A stretch of DNA of 63,291 nt, the filler included, from Octopus bimaculoides (Eukaryota), in the NCBI RefSeq assembly GCF_001194135.2. It is 6 parts of 6 records of this genome, joined end to end, with 100 filler letters (N's around TTAATTAATTAA, not from the genome) between each part and the next. Parts side by side here need not be neighbours in the genome. Positions count along the whole stretch, not along the records: positions 9,393 to 17,432 come from NC_068989.1; positions 17,533 to 23,030 come from NC_068997.1; 4 more parts are not named here. One strand, written 5' to 3'. Below the pieces are notes generated by a model. It searched no databases. It was not told where the DNA came from and was given only the letters and a program-made list of their open reading frames with translations. The position numbers and the translations under genes are program-made. This document shows positions 12,130 through 22,689 of the stretch, one piece after another (the stretch's first letter is position 1; each line of letters begins with the position of its first letter).

Positions 12130-12400
12130 GTAACCGAGACCTTTGGTGATATGATGTGCTTGAGAAGACTTGTCAAGCCAAGTAAAGTCATGGCTGATGC
12201 CAGTGTCATGTAACTGGTAGGACATAAAAGCACCTGTACCGGTGGCATGTAAAAAGCACCCATTACACTCTTGGAGTGGTTGGCAGCTGTAGAAACCATG
12301 CCAAATCAGACTGGAACTTGGTGCAGCTCTCCGGCTTACCAGTTCCAGTCAAACCGTCTAACCCATGCCAGCATGGAAAGGAGACACTAAATGATGATGA
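12130..12400 (+). mobile_element. RTE-type retroposon 3' remnant (inverted relative to 11116 copy)
   Basis: Reverse-complement match to 11130-11300; ends taaatgatgatgat. Confidence 0.6.
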
Positions 12401-12429
12401 TATATATATACACACACAACACAACAATA

Positions 12430-12590
12430 AGCTGATTTCAGTTTCCACTCGTCAAATTCACTCACAAGGCTTTGGTTTTCCCAAGGTTATAGTAGAAGGC
12501 ACTTGCCCAATGTGCCATGTAGTGGGACTGAACCTAAAACCCTGTGGTTGGTAAGCATATTATTCAACCATACAGCCATGCCTGTGCCTG
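12430..12590 (-). mobile_element. SINE family A head, CpG-decayed
   Basis: cactcacaaggctttgg..tatagtagaaggcacttgcccaatgtgccatgtagtgggactgaacc; consensus CG sites appear as TG/CA. Confidence 0.7.
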
Positions 12591-12738
12591 GATATATTAA
12601 TGTATTTTAAGATGTTAGTATTGTTATCATAAAAACAGTAATCTGTATTTATTGGTATTGATCTTATGAAACTATACACTACTATCAACATCTTTATTAC
12701 TAAGGTTTTTTTTTCTTTATATTTACCAATCTTTTCAG

Positions 12739-12905
12739 TATGTGCATGTTTACTTGTGGACACTGGATAAACAATAGATCATTATTTCCGAGTCAAGATC
12801 ATTCTGAAGCTCTGTCTACTTGGCAAGCCTATGTTACTGTTGAGAATATTCACACAGTTATCATGACAGGAGATAAAGAACCTCTGATTACTAACACTGA
12901 AAATG
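12739..12905 (+). CDS. AOPEP: Aminopeptidase O, coding exon 2
   Basis: Acceptor cttttcag|T; phase 2 joins exon 1 (AA+T=Asn). Encodes MCMFTCGHWINNRSLFPSQDHSEALSTWQAYVTVENIHTVIMTGD, matching the AOPEP/LTA4H-type INNRALFPCQE..STWQA motif. Donor G|gtaag at 12906 (phase 1). Confidence 0.93.
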
Positions 12906-13581
12906 GTAAGCATTTGAATTATATTTTGGAAAAACTACCTCCTCCTCAGGTTTACTACAGCTGTTTATGATGCGTTTTTTTTTATTGATGAACAAATCAA
13001 TTACATCATGAAAGAAACTGTTTTCTTCAGGTGAATTAAAATGTTAGGTCAAGTCTGTATACGGATTAATATATGCATGAGTGTCCAGGTTAGGGTTTCT
13101 GAAAGTGAGTTTGAAGTAACCCCAATGTTCTGTGAAAAATTTCTGGGGTTCTGCAAGATAAAGTGTCTTTTTATAAAATTTAATGAAAAGTCATTTTATG
13201 AAATAAATTGTATTTAAATTTTTCTATGTTTTAACATTATTTTTCTATTTGAATAATTTCTTTCTGAAAATGTTTAGGGCATTTGTCACTGAGGAGACTA
13301 AATCAGACTGAAACACTGGTGTTCTGAATGATCCACTGACCTTTTGAGTGAAACTCTGTTTTTAACACAAGTCTCTTTGAGAAATTTTTTGGAAGCAAAA
13401 TGCTACAAGCTAGTGCCATTCCACACTTGTATACACATATAAATCCTAGACACATCAGAACTTTTGTTTCATTTAATATTCTATTAAAATTAGCTGAATT
13501 GATTACCTTCTTCCTTAAAGGAAATATGCTTTTCACTACACATATGTTTTTAACATAAATTAATTGTATTTCTTTTTGTAG

Positions 13582-13702
13582 GAAAGTTTTGTTATTTTTA
13601 CCAGTCAACCATGTTGTTACCTAGTTCTACATTAGCCATAGCAGTCGGACAATGGGAACATGCCACTATAACACATCTCATGTCCACATATCAAGATTCA
13701 CA
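13582..13702 (+). CDS. AOPEP: Aminopeptidase O, coding exon 3
   Basis: Not in the ORF track; found by reading. Acceptor tctttttgtag|GA, phase 1. Encodes GKFCYFYQSTMLLPSSTLAIAVGQWEH, matching M1 'MPMPASTFTIAVG.W'. Donor CA|gtaag at 13703 (phase 2). Confidence 0.9.
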
Positions 13703-14214
13703 GTAAGTTATAGTTTCTTTTCTTAACTCATTTTTATTGGCCTGTTTAAATTATCCTCAGATTTTAGGGCAGCAAACTGGCAGAACAATTAGAAAATTGG
13801 TAAAAAACTGACATGACATATGACTTCTCATCATCACTGTTATATCTGAACTGTTATGATATCAAACTTTCTTGATGTTCTCTTATTACTCTCCAGCTGT
13901 ATATCTTCAGCAAGCACTCCATGATATCTCTATTCAATAATTCCTACGACCTGTACAATATGACTGCGCATATGACACTCTTCCCAATTGTTCTGTGCAT
14001 GCTCATTTATACTAACTAGTATAGTTCACTTAGCCAATTACAGGGGTGTACAGATTCCCCTTACAACAAAACTGGATTGTGGATTTGTTTCAGATCTTTA
14101 CATTTGGAGTTTAACTCTTTAGTATTTGGATAATTCTGTCAAATGTAATGCTTATTTAATTACATTGTTTTGAATTAATCATGCATTATCTTGTAGCTTC
14201 AAGACTTCAACGAC

Positions 14215-14510
14215 ATCATCATTATCATTTTATGTCTGTTGTCCATGCTGGCATGGGTTGGGTGGTTTTACCAGGGCTGGTAAGCTGAGGGGCTGCACCA
14301 GACTCCAGTCTGATTTGGCATGGTTTCTACAGCTAGATGCCCTTCCTAACGCCGACCACTCCAAGAGTGTGGTGGGTGTTTTTATGTGCCACTGGCATGG
14401 ATGTTAGTTGCACGACACCAGTATCTGCCATGGTTGCGATTTTACTTGGCTTGCTGGGTCTTCTTCTCAAGCATGGCATATTGCCAAAGGTCTCGGTCAT
14501 TTGTCATTGC
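14215..14510 (-). mobile_element. RTE-type retroposon 3' remnant in AOPEP intron 3
   Basis: catgctggcatgggtt..ctacagctagatgcccttcctaacgccgaccact shared with the 11116 copy. Confidence 0.6.
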
Positions 14511-14599
14511 CAGGTTAGGTGTGAGATGTTGGATTTGGCCAGTTTGAACATAAAGGAGGCAGAATATTTTGGCTAGATATGGCTGGTTTAAATGCTAAA

Positions 14600-14800
14600 G
14601 GGTTGAATTCCACTGAGGTCAATTTTGCTTCTCATCCTTTTTGAGGGTTGATAAAATAAAGTACCAGTCTAGTACCAGGGTTGATAAAATAAAGTACCAG
14701 TCTAGTACCAGGGTTGATGTAATCAACTTGCCCTTCCTCTCAAAATTATTGACCTTGCACCTAAATCAGAAACCATTATCCAGTGTCTCTGTATTTCTCA
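14600..14800 (+). mobile_element. SINE family B, CpG-decayed, with an internal 33-bp tandem duplication
   Basis: ccactgaggtcaattttgcttctcatcc..; gggttgataaaataaagtaccagtctagtacca occurs twice in tandem. Confidence 0.7.
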
Positions 14801-15580
14801 GGAGACCTTGGAGATGCACCGAGGAAGTTCTTCTCCACAAGGCAGGCCTAAATAAGGTATTTTTATGGAAGATAAGGGATTGCTTATATACTCAAGTGTC
14901 ACCTCTTCTTGCTACTAATATTGTCCAAAAGAAAGGCAATGGCCAATAAAGTTTGGCACCAGTACCATTGCAGGCATTACCAATCTGAAGACATTGAGCT
15001 GGAATAGACACCACAAGGCCTTCTGCCTACTGCTCTAACAACTTTGCCAACCCACTACCCTCAATTAATACTTATTTTATACTTATTTATTGATTCTCAA
15101 AAAATGAAAAGCAAAGTGGAACTTGACAGGATTTGAACTCAGAGTACTGAACACCAGAACCCACATTACAAAGCATTCTATCTGATGCTTTTTGACTGCC
15201 AAATCTCTGCTGTTTTGTTTAGGAGCTGTTTAAAGTGTTTTGCAGAATAAAATATCACTTCTTGGTTTCCATAGTAAAATATTTATTCCTTGATTATGGT
15301 TTATTTTTTTGAAATATTTTCATTCCCTGATTGAATTTCCATATAGGTGCTGCTGTGGCTGTGTGATTAAGAAGTTTGTTTCTTAACCCCATGCATAGCA
15401 TCTTGCGCAAATAGCTTCTACTATAGACCCAGGCTGACTAAGGCTTGCTGTCGAAATATAGTTCAACCAATAAAATATCTATTGCTATCGCATCACACTC
15501 TTCGTCTTGTCTGTTTAAATTTTGTGAAGAGTTACATCAATCCTTTTAAAATATTATTATTATTATTATTATTATTATTA

Positions 15581-15636
<56 letters not shown>

Positions 15637-15739
15637 GTTGTTGTTGTTGTTCTTTGTATTATTTTGATGCTAATTTTTGTTTTCCTCTGTCACATTCCAT
15701 GACAAGCTTCTGATTAATGTTCAATATATTTATCTGCAG

Positions 15740-15988
15740 ACAAAATCAAAAATGGGTTCCTGAATTTTGTGCCTCTATGCATGGTTCTTGCAGTGTCAAC
15801 TATTCTAAGACTCCTGTGCCTTGTAGAGTTTTTGCTCCAAGAAGTCTCATATTAAAAGCAGAATCAGAATTTAAATCATACCTTCCGAAATGTCTTACTA
15901 AGGCCTGTAGCATTTTGGGTCCTTATCCATTTCGCCGATTAGATATCCTTATTACTCCTTCTTGTTTTAGTTGTCTTGGATTGACAAG
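15740..15988 (+). CDS. AOPEP: Aminopeptidase O, coding exon 4 (gene continues beyond; catalytic exons not found)
   Basis: Acceptor tttatctgcag|A, phase 2. Encodes PCRVFAPRSL...LPKCLTKACSILGPYPFRRLDILITPSCFSCLGLT, matching AOPEP PCRVFAP..HPFSRLDVLIVPANFPSLGMAS. Donor AG|gtaag at 15989. Confidence 0.92.
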
Positions 15989-16424
15989 GTAAGTTAAATT
16001 CTTTTATACTTTCGCACACTTACAAATTGTCAAAGTTTAATTACAGATTATACAAAAAGAAAATGTTGTTGTACTTTGGTAGGGTCATAATGGCAATAAT
16101 AAACACACACACTGGTTCTACCTCACTTCTTTTATTATTAGTCAACTGGTTCATCATTTAACCAGTTAACTAATCCATTGTTTGAGTTATCTTTAGGACA
16201 ATTAGTAATTCAGCTAGGTTTGTCAAAGTCTTTTCATCGTCATTTGCAACCTCATCAATGAGATAAGCCCTCTCTACTCCAAGTTTGCTTCAGATCTGTG
16301 TATAATGTTTCATTTAAAAAAAAAGTCTATATGAGAGGTGATATAAGTACATGGAAATTATGAAAGATTGCTAATGGTCTTTGTTTTTTTTTTCTTTTCT
16401 TTCTGTACCTTTGTTAGTTTGTAG

Positions 16425-16715
16425 CACAGTTAGGTATAGAATTAATTAGAGTACAATTAATTAGGAACGGAACTGGTTTGCATTACAATTAAGTAGGTAC
16501 AGAATTAATTTGTAGTACAATTAATTAGTAGAGAATTAATTTGTATCACAATTAATTAGGAACAAAAATAGTTTGTATCACAATACAAAAATAGTTTGTA
16601 TCACAATTAATTTGGTACAGAATTAATTTGTAGCGCAATTAATTAGGTTGAAAAATAGTTTGTATCCTAATTAATTATATACAAAATTAACTTGTAGCAC
16701 AATTAATTAGGTACA
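16425..16715. repeat. ~31-bp AT-rich minisatellite (GGTACAGAATTAATTTGTAGCACAATTAATTA-like)
   Basis: About 9 degenerate head-to-tail units, most carrying CAATTAATT. Confidence 0.85.
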
Positions 16716-16981
16716 AAATGACTATCTAATTTCTTGGCGAGTAACAGTTTAAATGGGTTTGTAGAAACAGACTGTCTGATTGGCTGAAAATAGCTACAAA
16801 AATAGTCATATGATGTCAGTTCTCTCAAATAACAAAGTAATATGACAGTAAAGAACATTTGGATGTGTGCCAAAATCATAGCTGTTACGTTAGTAACTGA
16901 ACAAAAGCAAACTGACTACTTGTTGCTTCTTTATGAACAACAGATGGTTATGTATCTGTATGTATGCTTGTGTACATTTGT

Positions 16982-17044
<63 letters not shown>

Positions 17045-17048
<4 letters not shown>

Positions 17049-17310
17049 AGGGCAGAATAAGAGTTAGAGTTAGTAATAGAGGTAGACAGAGTAAGAGTTT
17101 GTAAGAAAGGAAAACAGAGCAAAAGATAGTAAGAGAGGAAGACAGAGTAAGGGATGGTAAGAGAGAAAGACAGTAAGAGTTAGTAAGACAGGAAGGCAGA
17201 ATAAGAGTTTGTAAGAAAGGAAAACAAAGCAAGCGATAGATAATAAGAGCGGAAGACAGTAATAGTTAATAAGAGAGGAGGAGAGAATTAATCAGAGAAA
17301 GCAGTAAAAG
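17045..17310. repeat. Purine-rich degenerate minisatellite
   Basis: Repeated gacagagtaagag / agaataagagtt units; gagtttgtaagaaaggaaaaca occurs twice. Confidence 0.65.
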
Positions 17311-17320
17311 TTACACTATA

Positions 17321-17432
17321 TAAGCGCAGGAGTGGCTGTGTGGTAAGTAGCTTGCTTACCAACCACATGGTTCCGGGTTCAGTCCCACTGCATGGCACCT
17401 TGGGCAAGTGTCTTCTACTATAGCCTCGGGCC
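17321..17432 (+). mobile_element. SINE family A head (young, cut by gap)
   Basis: gcgcaggagtggctgtgtggtaagtagcttgcttaccaaccacatggttccgggttcagtcccactgc. Confidence 0.8.
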
Positions 17433-17857
17433 NNNNNNNNNNNNNNNNNNNNNNNNNNNNNNNNNNNNNNNNNNNNTTAATTAATTAANNNNNNNNNNNN
17501 NNNNNNNNNNNNNNNNNNNNNNNNNNNNNNNNGATAACAAATAATTACATTTATGGTTAGTTATTTAATGTTTTTCCTGACTAAATATGTTTATGTGTGC
17601 GCGTATGCGTGTGTTTAGGAGAGATGTATGTATATAAAGGTGAACATGTTTGTGCATATGCGTCTGTTGCATGCGTATAAATATAATTTTTAAAGGTTTG
17701 TCTTCCCTGTGTAGTGGTGAGTTTCCCTAAATATCCAAACTTTGGGTCAAAACTTTATCACATTCCTTTTTTTGTTCTTTTGTTTTTTTTTTACTTATTA
17801 TATTTATTTATTTATGTGTTTTAGCCAAGTGGCTGCGGTCATGAAAGAAGCAGTATG

Positions 17858-19678
17858 TTATTTCAGTATTTCAATTTTTATGTTTGGGGACATAGACAAA
17901 TGTTTCGACTCACAAGAACGATAAAAGCGTACATTTCTAGCGCGAAGAATTCTCCACGTTGACAAAATGTGTAAGCCCTTATCTCCATCAACCTTGATAT
18001 GGTCTACATCAGAAAAACCATCTTTGATCCACATGGAACGGAACCTAATAAATGGTAAAAATGTCGAAACGCTGGCCATGGATATATTATACACTAGTAT
18101 CTGAGTCTGTGTTCGATTGCTGATAACTTCAATATTAGCTGATGAATTATCATAATATTGAATGACTGCGATTAAAGTTGGTTCAACTCGGACAATCTTG
18201 AAAACTTCAATGTCTGCGAATGGTCGAAAACTCGACAAATTTGTTGGTCCAAGAATTACAGACGAACCGAAAGGTAACCAGTCAACACCATGAAGTAACG
18301 GTGGAAGACACCGTGCGTTACCATCTTGGTAAAGGACAAACACTTGCGACGTATTACTTGATCCCAGGACACGTTTGCTCAATCGAATGAAATCGATATT
18401 ATCGAATTTAGTGCCTTCCAGAATGACACTCATAGTTTTCGGTCGCCGCCACCAAAAATCAACATTGACGCCCTCTAATATTGTGTTGAGACTTTGATAC
18501 AACGGTTTCACCGTCTCTCCTCGTTCTGGTCGCCTAACTAAACTAATTTCGTCAATAATAACAAGTTGGTCTTCATCCGAAACCAAGATTAGAAATATGG
18601 CATTTATATTACTTTCGGACCATGTGAAATCTGGAATAGACCAAACGCCTTTCAGTGTTCGTGGAGAAAATTTCCTGTGTTGTAATTCCGAAAGTTTGCT
18701 ATTTCTACCATTATAAGTCATATTTATATAAAGTGGTCGAGTAATTTTCTTTAGTTTTACAGTAAAATTCGATCCGATATCAGCATCGATCACGCCACTC
18801 ATCTTACCTTTCAACGGGAAGAATATTATGAATTTGTAGAGTCTTAATTTTGTTAGTCTTAACACAAATGAGTTGATGTTCATCACAACGTTATGTTCGG
18901 GATCAAGTGGTTTACCTTTTAACAGCCAAAGCTGTGACTGAGAAATACTAAAACAATCCTTGAACATTGCACCGCGATTATTAAGCATACTGTTGAATCG
19001 AGGATAGGAAGGAGTGACGCGATATTTCTTTACCGATGCATGAATGAAAGCTATATCAATGTTGTCCTGTTCAGCACATTTGGTCGGGAAACTTCGCTGG
19101 ATTAACGTTACCAGATCAGACCTACGAGTATGATCTTTCTTCACGGGTTCTGCTTTATCCAGTTCCTGAAAACAGCTTAACCTGCATGACATCAAGTCTT
19201 CAGAAATGTAAGGATTGTCCGTCATGATAGTCAAATGATCGATTTCAATTCCTTGTGTCTCGTTCGAATTTATATGAATATCCAAAAAATGAATTCCTTT
19301 TGATAAAAATAAAGGTTTCCTGGCAGGTCCGGAGTCCCGAAATACATTCCACAGTTCGCCACCTTTCGATTGGCCGGATATTGAGAACGACTGCAGTTGT
19401 TGATTATCAATGTTAACAAGAACAACAGTTGCTTTGCCGTCGATTGAATATCGAAATCCCATCATCCGAAGTGAGGAATTATTTGCTATACATAAATCCA
19501 AACGAAGAGTTTTCCCTGGTAATAAATAAACAACTTTCTTGTTAGAAGCATTAGATCGCCTATGGACTTGCAAATTTCCAGGCTGTTTCTCAGCTTCGAA
19601 AATCAATTCGGAAGTTTCTGCTAACAAATATTTTATAGAGAGAAGTAAAAAGAAGATGCTTTTCCAACAAACAAACAT
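17858..19678 (-). CDS. Intronless 606-aa predicted secreted glycoprotein with N-terminal CBM6/CBM35-like module and unassigned C-terminal region
   Basis: 1821-nt uninterrupted ORF of normal complexity. The first ATG is at 19678 with A at -3; the ORF-track start at 19825 is a GTG. Hydrophobic signal-like N-terminus MFVCWKSIFFLLLSIKYLLA. CBM-like pattern FEAE..NASN..V.L..G..RYSIDG..V.V.ID..LWNVF..L.KG.H.L..GIEIDHL. 11 N-glycosylation sequons. AATAAA on the minus strand at 17803-17808. Confidence 0.9.
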   Translation of the reverse strand: MFVCWKSIFFLLLSIKYLLAETSELIFEAEKQPGNLQVHRRSNASNKKVVYLLPGKTLRLDLCIANNSSLRMMGFRYSIDGKATVVLVNIDNQQLQSFSISGQSKGGELWNVFRDSGPARKPLFLSKGIHFLDIHINSNETQGIEIDHLTIMTDNPYISEDLMSCRLSCFQELDKAEPVKKDHTRRSDLVTLIQRSFPTKCAEQDNIDIAFIHASVKKYRVTPSYPRFNSMLNNRGAMFKDCFSISQSQLWLLKGKPLDPEHNVVMNINSFVLRLTKLRLYKFIIFFPLKGKMSGVIDADIGSNFTVKLKKITRPLYINMTYNGRNSKLSELQHRKFSPRTLKGVWSIPDFTWSESNINAIFLILVSDEDQLVIIDEISLVRRPERGETVKPLYQSLNTILEGVNVDFWWRRPKTMSVILEGTKFDNIDFIRLSKRVLGSSNTSQVFVLYQDGNARCLPPLLHGVDWLPFGSSVILGPTNLSSFRPFADIEVFKIVRVEPTLIAVIQYYDNSSANIEVISNRTQTQILVYNISMASVSTFLPFIRFRSMWIKDGFSDVDHIKVDGDKGLHILSTWRILRARNVRFYRSCESKHLSMSPNIKIEILK

Positions 19679-19855
19679 CTTGGGCTTGTTTTTTCGGATG
19701 ATGTCCGGAAAGCAGGAGTGAATTCTTCTTCTTCTCCAGTAGAATCCGTTTAGAAAGTGGTGAGCGAGTTGTGTGTAAGAATTCGCTCTATTGTTTTTAA
19801 CTCTTACAGATATCCCCACACCCACCTCTCTCTTCCTTCGCTGCCAATTTACTCA

Positions 19856-19950
<95 letters not shown>

Positions 19951-21257
19951 ACACATACATACACAAACACAAACACATACGTATACACATACGTATACAA
20001 CACACACACATACACAATACATACACAAACACAAACGTATACACATACGTATACAACACACACACACATACACATACATACACATACATACACATACACA
20101 AACACANNNNNNNNNNNNNNNNNNNNNNNNNNNNNNNNNNNNNNNNNNNNNNNNNNNNNNNNNNNNNNNNNNNNNNNNNNNNNNNNNNNNNNNNNNNNNN
20201 NNNNNNNNNNNNNNNNNNNNNNNNNNNNNNNNNNNNNNNNNNNNNNNNNNNNNNNNNNNNNNNNNNNNNNNNNNNNNNNNNNNNNNNNNNNNNNNNNNNN
20301 NNNNNNNNNNNNNNNNNNNNNNNNNNNNNNNNNNNNNNNNNNNNNNNNNNNNNNNNNNNNNNNNNNNNNNNNNNNNNNNNNNNNNNNNNNNNNNNNNNNN
20401 NNNNNNNNNNNNNNNNNNNNNNNNNNNNNNNNNNNNNNNNTACATACATACATACATACATACAAACACATACATACACATACAAACACATACATACATA
20501 ACACACACACACATACATACACACATACACATACATAGATACACACACATACATAGATACACACATGCATACACACATGCATACATACATACATGCATAT
20601 ACACATGCACGCATACATACATATATACATACATACATACATACATGCATGCATACATACACACAGGCATGCATACATGTATACTTACATGCATGCATAC
20701 ATACATACATGCATACACGCGCACACACACATATATACATACATACATACATACATACATACACGCGCGCACACACATACGCACATACGTATATATACTC
20801 TGACATGCAAGCACCTACATGTATTCTGAGATATTCACACACACACATACACATGCGCACACACACAGTAACACACGTGTACACATTCACAAAGACACAC
20901 AAACCTCTGTGTGTGTGTGTGTGTGTGCGCGCGCATTGCCCTTCAGCAACAACTCATCCTGTACACTGACATTCCTAACAATTTATTTATCAAACTGACA
21001 AAACAGCAACAACAACAACACCACCACCAACTTCACAGGGAAGATCTTAAAGCAATGCACTGAGAGCGCCATTTGTGATCAGGTTTAATGACATTTAAAC
21101 GATGTGACATGTATTTCGCGCTTATTTAAACAGCAGCCACATTACACTCGGTAACTCTCGTTAAATGTCTTTAAAAGTCTTTGCCTATCAAAGACTAAAC
21201 AGGACGATTATTCGGTCATCATTTTCAATCTAGAACTTTCCTGAATTACATCGTTAT

Positions 21258-21314
<57 letters not shown>

Positions 21315-21319
21315 GCTTA

Positions 21320-21448
21320 CAGTCGGATGAATCGACACCAGTACGGATTTTGTTTTTCTTTTAAGGCTAGTACTTATTATATCGGTTCCTTTTGCCGAAC
21401 CGCTAGGTTACGGGGGCATGAACTAACCAACATCGATTGTCAAGCGTA

Positions 21449-21495
<47 letters not shown>

Positions 21496-21630
21496 TTATC
21501 GTCGCTACAGGCTTCTTTCAGTTTCCATCTACAAAATCCACTCACATGATCTTGGTCGGCCCGCGGTTATAGTAGAAGACACTTGCCCCAGATGCTACGC
21601 AGTAGGACCGAACCCGGAACCATGTGGTTT
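21320..21630 (-). mobile_element. SINE family A
   Basis: Tail gccgaaccgctaggttacgg, a (CA)n tract, then head tagtagaagacacttgccc..gaacccggaaccatgtgg. Confidence 0.7.
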
Positions 21631-22689
21631 CTTTATCTTTTTTTACTTATTTCAGGCATTAGATTTCGGCCATGCTGGAGCACCGCCTTGAATTTATATA
21701 CCCTCCAGCCTTCATCAACTGTCTTGGGGAAACAACAAACAAGACGAGGACAAATATCCGTCAATTGTAAATAATGTACATAATTCCTCATCTCTTAAAT
21801 ATAGAACTGAGCGATAAAGTTGTCATAAATTAAAGGGCTGTGAAACTTCGTAGGTATTCATGGCTTCCATTTTAAGGACAACCCTACTCTATAGAATGTT
21901 TAATAAGCTAAACCATAATCATTTATAAAATGATGTATTAATAACGAAGAAATTCAGAAAATTCTTTCGAAGCACAACAATGAAATGTTTGTATGTGTAG
22001 GAGGGGGATGGGTTGTCAGTGCAATACGCATAAGTAACTTGTCAAATAAGAACCTTTATCACGATGTGACAATGTCAAAATATTTTGACAACAAAATACA
22101 AAATACAGTTCTATACATGCATGCGTGTGCGTGCGCGTGCGTGATTTCAAATTTGGACACAAGGCCACCAATTTCAATGGACGGGATAAGTCGATTACAT
22201 CAATCTCCAGTGCTCAGGTGGTACTTAATTTATCGACCCCAAAAGGATGAAAGGTGGAGTCGACCTCGGTAGAATTTGAACCAGAACATAAAGACAGACG
22301 AAATGCCGTTACGTATTTTGTCCAACGTGACAAAGGACAAAAAGACATGAAACCATTTGCAAATAACATGCAATGTTGTTCAGAGTTACTCCCCTTGCTT
22401 ATTCATTGATTCTCAAATTTTGTTTCGATGCATTTTTCACTTGATAATTTTTAGACTAACGGAAATATTAAATTTTAGTTTTAGTCTTTCTACTATAGCT
22501 CCATTCGAATCCAAAGTGATTTATAGGAATGTTAATTTGAATGCGTGATCGCTTTAATTGACTGCCATCTAATTTTATTGACCCCGGAGGGGATCAAAAA
22601 GAAAATCGATCTTTGCAAATTTTGAACTCGGAACGTAAAAAAAGTTGTAACTAGATACCGTACGACAGTACGACAGCGTAACGAAGGAT

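Noticed and set aside
16425-16715. Regular ~31-bp repeats as a CRISPR array (also 27115-27240)
   Set aside because: Units are contiguous and degenerate with no unique spacers; no cas genes; eukaryotic context.
19679-19825. 49-aa N-terminal extension in the 655-aa ORF call
   Set aside because: Starts at GTG next to a GA microsatellite. The first ATG at 19678 has a good context and directly begins a signal-like peptide.
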